DNA of 64,000 nucleotides, from NCBI GenBank assembly GCA_964016885.1, contig OZ024741.1, positions 328,352,001 to 328,416,000 on the forward strand. Direction: 5' to 3'. A program made the position numbers and the translations under genes. The DNA is from Eledone cirrhosa. Its lineage: Eukaryota. Below are positions 39,138 to 51,012 of the stretch, piece by piece. The first letter of the stretch is position 1; the number at the start of each line of letters is the position of its first letter. The notes under the pieces were generated by a model, which did no database searches, had not been told where the DNA came from, and saw only the letters and a program-made list of their open reading frames with translations.

Positions 39138-41163
39138 CTAATCAACTGGAAATTACCAGGCCCAGATGGTGTGCAGGGGATTGGATTAAAAATATAACAT
39201 CCCTCCACCCGAAACTGACAACCATGTTCAATGACTACTTGATGTCGGGTGAGGTACCAGACTGGTTGACAAAAGGTACCACAGTTCTGGTAATGCAAGA
39301 CCGATCAGGGGTAATGATGTTACCAACTATAGACCTATCACATGTCTGTCCGTAATGTCGAAACTGTTAACAAACATTGTGTCTGAGGAAATCTACCATC
39401 ACCTCCACACAAACAACTTGTACCGGACGAACAGAAAGGATGCCGAAAGAAGTCACGTGGTACAAAAGACCAATTACTTATTGATAAGATGGTAATGAGG
39501 AATTGCAAGAGGAGACACACTGATCTTGCCATAGGATGGATAGATTACAAAAAGGCATTCGACATAGTACCTCATTCTTGGATAACCAAAAGCCCAGAGA
39601 TCTTCAACGTGGCAGATAACATCAGACAGTTGTTGAGCAAAATTATGCAGTCCTGGGAAACACAGTTAGCATCGGGTGGAGAATCCTTGGGAGGCTTGAA
39701 GATCAAGAGAGTTATTTTCCAGGGAGATAGTTTGTCCCCTCTGTTGTTTTTCTTTGCCCTGATACCCCTGACCATTATACTGCGTAAAGTGAGAGCAGGA
39801 TACAAGTTGGGAAAAGGAGAGCTTACCATCAACCACCTCCTCTTCATGGACGGTCTTAAACTCTTTGGGAAGAATGAGAAGGACTTGGATGCACTTGTTG
39901 ACACTGTCCGTATTTTCAGGAATGATATATCTATGCAATTTAGTATTAATAAGTGTGGAGTCCTAGTGATGTAGAGGGTAAATTGAGCAGAAGCAACGGA
40001 ATGCAGGTACAGCAGGTGAGATGATAAAGGAATTGACACTGAAGAAGGATACACATATGTAGGTGTTCTGGAGGCAGATGACATCAAGAACAAAACATTA
40101 AGGAATTGATAAGACCTGAATACATTAGGAGAGTAAGGGGCGTATTAAAATCACATCTAAATAGTAGGAATGTCATAAGTGCAGTGAATTCCCGAGCTGT
40201 GTCTATTATTACGTACAGTGCGGGAATTCTGAAATGGAATGTTTCTGAACAAAAAGAAATGGATAGGAAGACTAGGAAGCTATTGACTATCTACAACATG
40301 TTCCACAAGAGGAGTGATGTCGATAGACTCTACTTAAAGAGTTCTGAAGGTGGGAGAGGTCTTATCAGCATAGAGGACTGTGTTCAGATGGAGAAAAATA
40401 ACCTGCACAAATACGTGACTGATAGTAGGGAGCCAATGCTCAGAATTGTACTGAAGGAGAGGACAATAGACCAGGGGATGTCCAAGGAGGAAATAACAAC
40501 AAGGAGGAAGAGCAGCCTTCATGAAAAATCCCTTCATAGTACCTTCTTTGAGAAAACTGAATTCAGAGATCCACAGACATGGAACTGGTTGAAAAGAGGA
40601 GACCTTAACAAGGCTACAGAAGGAATGCTAATGGCTGCGCAAGAGAAGGCCCTCAAAACGAAGTGGTTGAAACACCATATTTACAAGGAGGAGGCTAGCC
40701 CACTGTGCAGGATCTGTGAAGAGAGAGAGGAGACTGTGGCTCACATTGTATCCGAGTGTAAACACCTAGCCTAGACTCACTATAAGGGCTGGAGACATGA
40801 TGTGATGGGCAGGGTGATCCACTGGCACATATGTGCCTCATTGTGGATGTGGCCTGCCCAGTCGACACGAGAGTGCAAGAGAAGGAGAGGGAGAAAATTA
40901 ACCGATACCAGGACTTAAAGTGGGAGGTAAAAAGGATGTGGAATTGCCATTGGCGCACGAGGTACTATCTCAAAAAGTTTCCAGGGATGGTTAAAGAAAA
41001 TTGGCCCCGCCACGCTTTTTGGAACGGTTGAAAAGGCATGCTTGCTGGGAACAGCAAGAACCCTCCGATACGTCCTGAATATCTGAGGCTGCAGGTGGTG
41101 GCTTGATATTCATTTCAACAAACTTTCCAGTTAACTAACATCAATGACTGAAACTCAAAGAAC
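39134..41163 (+). mobile_element. R4/Dong retrotransposon family B, copy 1 (5'-truncated, decayed, internal deletion in endonuclease)
   Basis: Colinear with ~47263-49488; FMDG at the active site; lacks the LWDF..RPD segment near 40830; flanked by (TAA)n. Confidence 0.93.
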
Positions 41164-41211
<48 letters not shown>

Positions 41212-41216
<5 letters not shown>

Positions 41217-44200
41217 TGAGATCGTAAATGATAAAGAAATGAATGAGAATGAACTTGCCAACTTGAAGGATGAAATTATGATCGAATGGATGAAAATGAA
41301 AGAATCTGACATGGGGGAACGAGACACCCTCCCTAAGATCCAGAACTCCAAACAGAACCAAAAGATAATACACAAGACTAACATAATTCTCAAAAACATT
41401 ATCATCACAAACAAAATAAACATTACTGACTTAAATCATCTCTATTATGCATCGGCTAAAGTCACCACTCACTTATGTGGAGTGAAGATGAAAAAACAAA
41501 GGAATTCCCACAAGAAATCTACTTGGCAAGATAACATCAATCGCCAAATAAACCTTCTCCGATCTGACATAGAAATTTTAACAAACTATAAAGTAGGTGA
41601 ACATGTTAAACAAACTAAACTTAGAAAATTGAAAAAAAAGTACAGTATAAGATCAACATGTGACATAGACATGCTGATAGAAACAATCAAGCAAAAAGTG
41701 TCGGCCAAAGCTGCTCGTATAAGGCGCTTTGAAAAACGATCTAGATTCTATAAGGATAATAATATGTTCAAAAACAACCAAAGAAACTTCTACAGAAAAA
41801 TTGGTAAGTCAACAATAACTGCTAAATCAATACCACCCAAGGAGGAAGTGCAAGAATTCTGGGAAAAGATCTGGGCCGAAGAAAAAGTTCATAACATACA
41901 TGCCCCATGGATAGACAGACAAATGAAAGAAACAGCTCACCTTGAAGAACAAACATGGGAAAATATAACAGTTGAACAGCTGCGCTTGGCTCTAAGAAAA
42001 ACCAGCAAATGGAAATCCCCAGGAAAAGACAAAATACAAAACTTTTGGATAAATGCCTTCACAGAGTCTCATGAGCTGTTAGCCCAACTTTACAATGAAA
42101 TAGTTAAGGAGCCAGAAAAGATACCATCATGGCTAGTCAACGGCATTACATTCCTGCTACCGAAGAATGATGAGACAAACAATCCCAAAAATTACAGACC
42201 GATAACCTGCTTGACCACAATGTATAAAATTTTAACATCAGTCCTAACTGAATACACATATGACCACCTGATAACAAATGACCTATTTCCCATTGAGCAG
42301 AAAGGGTGTAAACGAGGCTCATATGGCTGTAAGGATCAGCTTCTGGTTAACAAAATGATACTGGAAGATTGTCATAATAGACACAAAAATCTATCGATTG
42401 CTTGGATAGATTATAAAAAAGCATTTGATAGTTTGCCACACAGTTGGATTGAAAAATGTTTAGAGATTTTCAAAATATCCCCCGTTGTCAGGAGGTTTTT
42501 GTCATTCAGTATGAGGACATGGAGAACGACACTCCTTTTGAATAGTGAAACAAAATCACTGGAAGCTGGAGAAGTTAACATTAATTGTGGAATTTTTCAG
42601 GGTGACTCTTTATCACCGCTTTTATTCTGCATCGCACTTATACCATTAAGTAAAATGCTCAATGAAACAAAACATGGATATAGAGTCTATGACAAAACCA
42701 TTAATCACCTGTTCTACATGGATGACCTGAAACTATTTGCAAAAAATGATGAACAATTGCAAGGGCTATTATCCACTGTGAAGCAGTTCAGTGATGACAT
42801 TAAAATGGAGTTTGGACTGGATAAATGCGCCAAAGCAACGTTCACCAGAGGAAAGCTGCTGAAGAGTTCAGACATTAATCTTGATCGGGGGAACGTGATA
42901 AGAGAGCTTGATCAAGAACAAACTTACAAATATCTAGGTGTTTGTGAAGGAGACGGAATCAAGCACTCGACAATGAGGGAAAGGATAAGGAAGGAATGTT
43001 ACCGCAGAGTCAGAGCAATCTTAAGAACGGAATTGAATGCAAGGAATAGGATCGATGCCATAAACACGCTTGCCATACCAGTAGTAACCTACAGTTACAA
43101 TGTCATCAACTGGTCAAGCACAGAGATCCGTAGGCTCGATACAAAAATTCGAAAATTCTTAACCATGCACAGAATGCATCACCCTAAGGCAGACATAGAT
43201 AGAATATATCTCCCTAGGAAAGAAGGAGGACGTGGGTTAATCCAGTTAGACATTGCGTTGAAAACTGCAACAATTGGATTATCCACATATCTAAGGGAAT
43301 CACATGATTGGATGATCAAACTCGTTTTGAAACACGAAAGCACCAAAAGATCATATTCCATTACAAAAGATGCACAAAGATACAGTAATGGACTACAAAT
43401 TTCAGAAGTCCCATTTACTGCTGAAATGGAAAACACAGAAAAAGCAAAGCAGGTAAAAGTAACTGCAAAGAAAGAACTGCTACAGAAACTGGCTAAGAAA
43501 TGGCAAGAAAAGCCTCTGTATGGAAAATACCCAGAGCGAGCTAACAATCCTGATGTTGACAAAACTTTAACCCATCAGTGGTTGGCATCCTCTGGACTGA
43601 AATCGGAGACTGAAGGACTGATTATATCCGCACAAGATCAGTGTCTGCCAACAAAAAATTACCAAGCCAACATAATAAAAAATGGGTGCAGCCCACTATG
43701 CCGTGTATGCAAAAAACAACCAGAGACCATTGACCATATAATTTCAATGTGCAGTCCCATAGCTCCAACCGAATACCTAAACAGGCATGACAGAGCTGCA
43801 CAATACATACATTGGATAATGTGTAAGCATTTTGACCTGCCCCATCAAAAGAATTGGTGGGAGCATCAACCACCTCCCATACTTGAAAAAGATCACATCT
43901 CAATCTTGTGGAACTTTAGCATCCAAACAGACCGAAAAATAGATGCAAATAGACCTGATATAATATTGAAGGACTTTCAAAGGAGGGTATGCCTGCTAAT
44001 TGATATGTCTGTTCCAATAGACAAGAATGTATCTATAAAAACATTTGAAAAATTGAGCAAGTATAAGGACCTGGAGATAGAAATTGGAAAAATGTGGAAA
44101 TTGAGAACTAAAACAATACCAGTGGTTGTAGGCGCTCTGGGAATGATACCTAAGGGGTCTAACGACTACTTATCGCAAATCCCAGGAAACCCGCGTATAG

Positions 44201-44406
44201 GAGAAATACAAAAGATAGTACTAATGGGAACTGCCCATATACTAAGGAAGATCCTGTCAATATAAGTACATCACAAGTCTAAACACTAAGGATGCATGTG
44301 TGAATATGTGTGTTCTTTCTTGAACATGGCGGACCTTGTTGTCTCTTGAGGTCACTGGTTGTGACTTGGTGATAACTCGTATAAACATAAAGCAAGATAA
44401 ATGCAA
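41212..44406 (+). mobile_element. R4/Dong family A, copy 2 (5'-truncated, ORF open)
   Basis: Lies between (TAA)n tracts 41164-41213 and 44407-44432; 3'UTR shared with copy A1. Confidence 0.95.
41239..44265 (+). CDS. R4/Dong RT + CCHC + restriction-like endonuclease, 1008 aa (N-terminal domain missing)
   Basis: [90 protein letters not shown]. Confidence 0.95.
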   Translation: MNENELANLKDEIMIEWMKMKESDMGERDTLPKIQNSKQNQKIIHKTNIILKNIIITNKINITDLNHLYYASAKVTTHLCGVKMKKQRNSHKKSTWQDNINRQINLLRSDIEILTNYKVGEHVKQTKLRKLKKKYSIRSTCDIDMLIETIKQKVSAKAARIRRFEKRSRFYKDNNMFKNNQRNFYRKIGKSTITAKSIPPKEEVQEFWEKIWAEEKVHNIHAPWIDRQMKETAHLEEQTWENITVEQLRLALRKTSKWKSPGKDKIQNFWINAFTESHELLAQLYNEIVKEPEKIPSWLVNGITFLLPKNDETNNPKNYRPITCLTTMYKILTSVLTEYTYDHLITNDLFPIEQKGCKRGSYGCKDQLLVNKMILEDCHNRHKNLSIAWIDYKKAFDSLPHSWIEKCLEIFKISPVVRRFLSFSMRTWRTTLLLNSETKSLEAGEVNINCGIFQGDSLSPLLFCIALIPLSKMLNETKHGYRVYDKTINHLFYMDDLKLFAKNDEQLQGLLSTVKQFSDDIKMEFGLDKCAKATFTRGKLLKSSDINLDRGNVIRELDQEQTYKYLGVCEGDGIKHSTMRERIRKECYRRVRAILRTELNARNRIDAINTLAIPVVTYSYNVINWSSTEIRRLDTKIRKFLTMHRMHHPKADIDRIYLPRKEGGRGLIQLDIALKTATIGLSTYLRESHDWMIKLVLKHESTKRSYSITKDAQRYSNGLQISEVPFTAEMENTEKAKQVKVTAKKELLQKLAKKWQEKPLYGKYPERANNPDVDKTLTHQWLASSGLKSETEGLIISAQDQCLPTKNYQANIIKNGCSPLCRVCKKQPETIDHIISMCSPIAPTEYLNRHDRAAQYIHWIMCKHFDLPHQKNWWEHQPPPILEKDHISILWNFSIQTDRKIDANRPDIILKDFQRRVCLLIDMSVPIDKNVSIKTFEKLSKYKDLEIEIGKMWKLRTKTIPVVVGALGMIPKGSNDYLSQIPGNPRIGEIQKIVLMGTAHILRKILSI

Positions 44407-44470
44407 ATAATAATAATAATAATAATAATAATGTGGAAGAAGACGCACGAGGTGACGGAGGTCATGAAAT

Positions 44471-45508
44471 CGCTCCCGTAAGTTTTGAATTTTTAACATA
44501 TTTAAATCATTTGTGAAATAACAACTCTTAGTACAAATGCTACGTAAAGCACCCGGCTTGAGCCCCAAAAAATTCGGACCCAAAATATATTGTTATAAGG
44601 CTCAAATATTCAAATATTCAACTTTGCATTGTACACTGTATATCCAAAAAAAAAAAAAAAATGGCTATAAATGGAAGAAGAAGAACCCCCCCCTCCTCTC
44701 CTCTGGCTACACTATATAGGACAGCTAAACTCACCAACACCAGAAACTAGATACACCACCCACCCCATCATCTGTGTACACTAAACACAACAGCATTTTC
44801 ACCTTCACCGCCACCGCTCACTACGGCCATCATTACCACCACTATCCCATCACCGCCGCCACCACCCCTTGAGTCCTTCACTGCTGCTGCCACCGCTACA
44901 GCACCATCACTACAGTAATACGGTCGCATCACCGCCACCACTGCCTCGGTATCGACATCACCACCACCACTGTCTCAGTATCGCCAACGCTCCCGTAAGT
45001 TTTGAATTTTTAACATATTTAAATCATTTGTGAAATAACAACTCTTAGTACAAATGCTACGTAAAGCACCCGGCTTGAGCCCCAAAAAATTCGGACCCCA
45101 AATGTATTGTTATAAGGCTCAAATATTCAAATATTCAACTTTGTATTGTACACTGTATATCCCCCAAAAAATAAAAAAAATGGCTATAAATGGAAGAAGA
45201 AGAACCCCCCCCCCTCCTCTCCTCTGGCTACACTATATAGGACAGCTAAACTCACCAACACCAGAAACTAGATACACCACCCACCCCATCATCTGTGTAC
45301 ACTAAACACAACAGCATTTTCACCTTCACCGCCACCGCTCACTACGGCCATCATTACCACCACTATCCCATCACCGCCGCCACCACCCCTTGACTCCTTC
45401 ACTGCTGCTGCCACCGCTACAGCACCATCACTACAGTAATACGGTCGCATCACCGCCACCACTGCCTCGGTATCGACATCACCACCACCACTGTCTCAGT
45501 ATCGCCAA
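44471..45508. repeat. Near-perfect ~517 bp tandem duplication
   Basis: CGCTCCCGTAAGTTTTG starts at 44471 and again at 44988; CGC microhomology at the junction. Confidence 0.95.
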
Positions 45509-46021
45509 CGCCGCCAGTCTCTGCTGGCTGCCACTTCCACATTATAGAATTCCTACTACTAACAAAGAGGAAGGCATCAAAATATATAGATAGACTCAAA
45601 AGAAAAAAGAAAAAACAAACAACAAAACCAAAGCAGCACAGCAACAACAGCAAAAAACGAGAAAAACAAACAGAGAAAAAAAAAAAAAAAAAAGAAACCC
45701 CCAAAACGTAAAGAAAATAAGAATGAAGAGAGAAGCAAGCGGACGGACAGAGAAGAGGGGGGAGAAAGTAAAACTTAAAAAACAAAAACTTAGTCAGACA
45801 TTCGAATACTACATTACAATGAAACTTATGCTTATTCATTTTTGGGGCCCTTTCTGCCCGTGTGTTTGTTTGTTTATGTGTTTTCGTATACAGCGTGGTG
45901 ATAATGCCACACAAGGGCCAAGTGGAATGGCGGATCCACAGATGGATATGTAACCATATATTCGCCAATCCTCGATAAGAGTGTTTAAATATCGAACATA
46001 AACAGTTCGAATAACGGTGAA

Positions 46022-49000
46022 ATGGAGACTAGAACGTCATGTGACAGACTCTCACCCAACAGGTGCCCCCTGGCTCAGCAGCAGGAACCTGACTGTCAAC
46101 CAAATACTGCTGATGTTGGAGGAAGGAGAAGAAGGAAAGGGGCCAGAACCAACTGGACGAAAGAATTGAATAGAACTGTTATGCAATGTTACCTGAAAAG
46201 TAACCCCAAGGAGAGGGGCTACAGGAGACGGATGCATAACATCTGGAACGAGATTGGTTTATTTAAATTAGATGAACAAAAATTGGCCGGGCAGGCTCGG
46301 GTAATAAGAACTAATGGGTGGATAAGCGAGCTGGAACTGGAGGAACTGAGCAGAGAGAATGGCTTGGAGATGGCGGGTGTAGTATGCCAGACAAGCGAGC
46401 CAGTGGGAAATGAAGGTGAAGAGGTCCTGAGAACGGAGGAACCACCCGAAGCAGACAATGATCTGAATACTGAGATAAATAATACCTGGAACAGAGATAC
46501 GGCCACTGAGGAGATGAATGCTGACGGGCTAGGACAAGATTCGGTTGACATCCTAAATTTAGTGGTAGATGAATTGAACAACGATAGTGGGAGACCTATG
46601 AACCTAAGATTTGTAGACAGGAAAAAGTTAAAAGAAATAACAGCTAAGGTAAACAAAGTCATCCCATACCTTGAGGCGAGGAGCCTTCACCAGTGCAACA
46701 ATATCCTCAAAGCAACAGCAAATACGGTGAGGAAACTACTTCGTATAAAAGCAAGAGGAAACAACAGACAAGAAAGAGTAGAGCCGTGGTGGAAGAAACG
46801 ACTGAGTGGGCAAATCGGGGAAATGAGAAATGACATAGGAAAGCTTGAGTCACTACTGAATGGGACACTAAAAAACATAGGCACTAAAAATAGACTGGAA
46901 ATAAAATACAAAACTAGGAGGAAAAAGCTAAATATTATCATAGAGGAACTGAAGCAACGCATTGTAGCAAAGAGTGCAAAAATCAGGCGATACGAGAACA
47001 GAGTCAGTCAGTATAAACAGAACCGCATGTTCGACAACAACCAGAAGATGCTGTTTGGACAGCTTGAGGGGAAAGAAAGAGGCAACGACTTGATTCCTGG
47101 GGCGGAGCAAACTAAAACATTCTGGAGAGGAATATGGGAGCAGGATGTTAGACATAATGTCCAGGCAGGGTGGATTGAGACAGTACAGATAGAGATCGGT
47201 GAGCAGGCACAACAACAAACTGATTTGAGTATCACAGTTGAAACTCTTAAGGGGCAGGCCAAAAAACTAACCCACTGGAAATCACCAGGCCCAGATGGTG
47301 TGCAGGGGTATTGGATTAAACATTTAACATTCCTCCACCCGAAGCTGACGGCCATGTTCAATGACTGCTTGGTGTCGGGTGAGGTGCCAGAGTGGTTGAC
47401 AAAAGGTACCACAGTTCTGATAATGAAAGACCGAATCAAGGGTAATGATGTTACCAACTATAGACCTATCACATGTCTGTCCGTAATGTGGAAACTGTTG
47501 ACGAGCATTGTGTCTGAGGAAATCTGCCATCACCTCCACACAAACAACTTGTTACCGGACGAACAGAAAGGATGCCGAAAGAAGTCACGTGGTACAAAGG
47601 ACCAGTTGCTTATTGATAAGATGGTAATGGGGAATTGCAGGAGGAGACACACTGATCTTGCCATGGGATGGATAGACTACAGAAAGGCATTTGACATGGT
47701 GCCTCATTCTTGGATCACCAAAAGCCTGGAGATCTTCAGGGTGGCGGATAACATCAGACAGTTGCTATGCAGGAGTATGGGGTCCTGGGAGACAGAGTTG
47801 ACATCAACTGGAGTATCCTTGGGAAGCGTGAAGATCAAGAGAGGTATCTTCCAGGGAGATAGCCTGTCCCCTCTGTTGTTTGTCCTTGCCCTGATGCCCT
47901 TGACCATTATGCTGCGAAAAGTGAGAGCAGGATACAAGTTGGGAAGGGGAGAGCTTACCATCAATCACCTCCTCTTCATGGACGATCATAAGCTCTTCGG
48001 GAAAAGTGAGAAGGAGTTGGATGTGCTTGTTGACACTGTCCGTATTTTCAGCAGTGATATATGTATGCAGTTTGGTATTGGTAAATGTGGAGTCATTGTG
48101 ATGAAGAGGGGTAGGTTGAGCAGAAGTAACGGGATCCAGATACCAACAGGTGAGATGATAAAGGAAATTGACTCTGAGGAAGGATACAAGTATTTGGGCG
48201 TTCTGGAGGCTGATGGCATAAAGAACAAAAAAATGAAGGAATTGTTAAGAACTGAATACATTCGGAGAGTAAGGAGCGTATTGAAGTCACATCTGAACAG
48301 CAGAAATGCCATAAGCGCAGTAAATTCCCGAGCTGTGTCTATTATTAGGTACAGTACGGGAATTCTGAGATGGAATGTTGCTGAACAAAAAGAAATGGAT
48401 AGGAAGACTAGGAAGCTATTGACTATCTACAACATGTTCCACAAGAGCAGTGATGTCGATAGACTCTACCTAAGGAGATCTGAGGGTGGAATAGGTCTTA
48501 TCAGCATAGAGGACTGTGTTCAGATGGAGAAAAACAACCTATACAAATACGTGACCTATAGTAAGGAGCCAATGCTCAGAACTGTACTGAAGGAGGGGAC
48601 AGTAGGCCAGGGGATGTCCAAGGAGGAAATAACGTCAAGGAGGAAGAGCAGCCTTAAGGGAAAATCCCTTTATAGTACCTTCTTTGAGAAAACTGAATTT
48701 AGAGATCCACAGACATGGAACTGGTTGAGAAGAGGAGACCTCAAAAAGGCTACAGAAGGAATGCTAATGGCTGCGCAGGAGCAGGCCCTCAAAACGAAGT
48801 GGTTGAAGCACCATATTTACAAGGGGGAGGCTAGCCCACTGTGCAGGATCTGTGGAGAGAGAGAGGAGACTGTGGCTCACATTGTGTCCGAGTGTAAACA
48901 CCTAGCCCAGACCCACTATAAGGGCTGGAGACACGATGTGATGGGCAGGGTGATCCACTGGCACCTGTGCAAAGTAAACAATTTACCACATTCTGAGAAA

Positions 49001-49414
49001 TGGTATGAGCATAGGCCAGAGGCGGTGATGGAGAACAATCAGGTGAAGGTGCTGTGGGATTTTAGGATACAGACGGACAAAAAACTGGAACACAATAGAC
49101 CTGACCTGGTGGTTGTGGACAAAGAAAAAAGATCGTGTCTGTTTGTGGATGTGGCCTGCCCGTTCGACACGAGAGTGCAAGAGAAGGAGAGGGAGAAAAT
49201 TAACCGATACCAGGACCTAAAGTGGGAGGTGAAAAGGATTTGGAACTGCCATGAAGTCAAAGTGATCCCGATTGTCATAGGCGCACTGGGGACTATCTCC
49301 AAAAGTTTCCAGGGATGGTTAAAGAAAATCGGCCCCTTCACGCTATTTGGAACGCTTCAAAAGGCATGCTTGCTTGGAACAGCAAGAACCCTCCGATACG
49401 TCCTGAATATCTGA
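46022..49414 (+). CDS. Full-length R4/Dong ORF, 1130 aa (N-terminal domain, RT, CCHC, RLE)
   Basis: WTKELN..VMQCY..GYRRRMHNIW..EQKLAGQARVI N-terminus; WKSPGPDG, YRPITCL, FMDD, CRIC..ETVAHIVSEC, RHD, NRPD, VDVACP, KINRYQDL. Confidence 0.95.
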   Translation: METRTSCDRLSPNRCPLAQQQEPDCQPNTADVGGRRRRKGARTNWTKELNRTVMQCYLKSNPKERGYRRRMHNIWNEIGLFKLDEQKLAGQARVIRTNGWISELELEELSRENGLEMAGVVCQTSEPVGNEGEEVLRTEEPPEADNDLNTEINNTWNRDTATEEMNADGLGQDSVDILNLVVDELNNDSGRPMNLRFVDRKKLKEITAKVNKVIPYLEARSLHQCNNILKATANTVRKLLRIKARGNNRQERVEPWWKKRLSGQIGEMRNDIGKLESLLNGTLKNIGTKNRLEIKYKTRRKKLNIIIEELKQRIVAKSAKIRRYENRVSQYKQNRMFDNNQKMLFGQLEGKERGNDLIPGAEQTKTFWRGIWEQDVRHNVQAGWIETVQIEIGEQAQQQTDLSITVETLKGQAKKLTHWKSPGPDGVQGYWIKHLTFLHPKLTAMFNDCLVSGEVPEWLTKGTTVLIMKDRIKGNDVTNYRPITCLSVMWKLLTSIVSEEICHHLHTNNLLPDEQKGCRKKSRGTKDQLLIDKMVMGNCRRRHTDLAMGWIDYRKAFDMVPHSWITKSLEIFRVADNIRQLLCRSMGSWETELTSTGVSLGSVKIKRGIFQGDSLSPLLFVLALMPLTIMLRKVRAGYKLGRGELTINHLLFMDDHKLFGKSEKELDVLVDTVRIFSSDICMQFGIGKCGVIVMKRGRLSRSNGIQIPTGEMIKEIDSEEGYKYLGVLEADGIKNKKMKELLRTEYIRRVRSVLKSHLNSRNAISAVNSRAVSIIRYSTGILRWNVAEQKEMDRKTRKLLTIYNMFHKSSDVDRLYLRRSEGGIGLISIEDCVQMEKNNLYKYVTYSKEPMLRTVLKEGTVGQGMSKEEITSRRKSSLKGKSLYSTFFEKTEFRDPQTWNWLRRGDLKKATEGMLMAAQEQALKTKWLKHHIYKGEASPLCRICGEREETVAHIVSECKHLAQTHYKGWRHDVMGRVIHWHLCKVNNLPHSEKWYEHRPEAVMENNQVKVLWDFRIQTDKKLEHNRPDLVVVDKEKRSCLFVDVACPFDTRVQEKEREKINRYQDLKWEVKRIWNCHEVKVIPIVIGALGTISKSFQGWLKKIGPFTLFGTLQKACLLGTARTLRYVLNI

Positions 49415-49503
49415 GGCTGCAGGTAGTGGCTTGATATTCAATCCAACGGACTTTCCAGTTAACCAACATCAATGACTGAGATTCAAGGAATAACAACAAC
49501 AAC

Positions 49504-49620
<117 letters not shown>

Positions 49621-50007
49621 AAGAAGAAGAAGAAGAAGAAGAAGAAGAAGAAATTCAAGAAATTCAAGAAATTATGAAGCCAAAAGGTTGGTCAATGATA
49701 CTGAGATAAAGAGCTGTTGTTGTGTTGACCCCGAAGGTGATTATTCTGGTGAAAAAATATAAAATATCTATTTTATACACAAATATCTAATTTATTGATA
49801 TTCATCCTGTTGTTCACCTGATTTTATTGTAAATGTAACCAACTATTATTTTATATAGAAGTCATAAATATTTAGTCTATAAAAATGCCTGTCTAACAGT
49901 ATTTATTTTTGCGAGGAGTAGGGCGACAAGGGATCAGGCAGCAACATGATGACACCCATGCATACATACACATACACACGCACACATATTTATATATTAA
50001 TATATAT

Positions 50008-50188
50008 TGGATTGGCAGTATCGGTAGAGGGTCGGACGCCATGCTTTCCAGCATACTTACGTCCCTTTACGATCTGAGTTCAAATCCCGCCGAGGTTGAC
50101 TTTGCCTTTCATCCTTACGGGGTCGATAAAATAAAGTACCAGTAATGAACTGGGTTATTGCTGGCCTTGTGCCTAAAGTAGAAACAAA
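50008..50188 (+). mobile_element. tRNA-derived SINE
   Basis: TGGCAGTATCGG A-box, GAGTTCAAATCC B-box, central domain and tail. Confidence 0.92.
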
Positions 50189-50405
50189 TATATATGTAAA
50201 TATACATTTAACATATATAGAGATAGATAGATAGATAGATATATATTCAATATATATATATATATATTTATGTATATAAGTGTGTGGTTAAGGGTTTTTT
50301 GAATTCGTATGATGTCTATTTATTTGTGAGCGTCCCCGTTGCCATATTATTATCATTAAAATATACCATCCTTATCAACTTTACCACTTTCGACATTTAA
50401 AAATA

Positions 50406-50716
50406 ATAATTGTTGCTACTTTTGGCACTTACCCAGTGTATTACTGGTGCTTTATTTTATTGACCCCGTAAGGATGAAAGGCAAAGTTATCATTGGCGGG
50501 ATTAGAATTCAGAATGTAAAGGGCCATAACTCTATGTCGCAAAGCATGGCGACCGACCCTCTACCGATACTGCCAATCCACCAATAATAATTGTTTCTAC
50601 TATTGGCACAAGGCAAGCTATTATCCCAGTTCATTACTGGTACTTTATTTTATCGACGCCGTAAGGATGAAAGGCAAAGTTAACCTCGGTGGGATTTGAA
50701 CTCAGACCATAAAGGG
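50406..50716 (-). mobile_element. Two tandem SINE copies (50406-50582 nearly full; 50587-50716 5'-truncated)
   Basis: Two consecutive minus-strand matches to the SINE. Confidence 0.88.
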
Positions 50717-50724
50717 GCGCCAAC

Positions 50725-50739
50725 AGTGACAACGACATC

Positions 50740-50783
<44 letters not shown>

Positions 50784-50784
50784 A

Positions 50785-50819
<35 letters not shown>

Positions 50820-51012
50820 CATCAACAGCAGGATCAACAACGACATCGGCAAAACAGCAACAATAACACACCCCAACAACAACAATAACAAAAAGAGCAG
50901 CCACAACCACATCAACGACTACAACAAGAACAGCAACAATAACACCATCACCACCACCACCACCACCACCGCCACCACCAGCAACAACAACAACAACAAC
51001 AACAACAACAAA
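50725..51012. repeat. Degenerate (CAA)n/(CCA)n tract
   Basis: Direct reading. Confidence 0.93.

Larger units (their letters stand above)
44433..49488 (+). mobile_element. R4/Dong family B, copy 2, apparently full length with ~1.6 kb leader
   Basis: No (TAA)n junction between 44432 and the ATG at 46022; ends in (AAC/AAT)n then (AAG)n. Assignment of the whole leader to the element is inferred. Confidence 0.8.

Noticed and set aside
44433-45975. HDV-like ribozyme at the 5' end of Dong B2
   Set aside because: A P1-like pairing exists (GUGGAAG/CUUCCAC), but I could not build P3/L3, the P1.1 GG or a consistent P2.
36538-49488. A-B-A-B array as a segmental duplication
   Set aside because: Each copy has a different 5' truncation joined directly to (TAA)n, and B1/B2 look more diverged than A1/A2.
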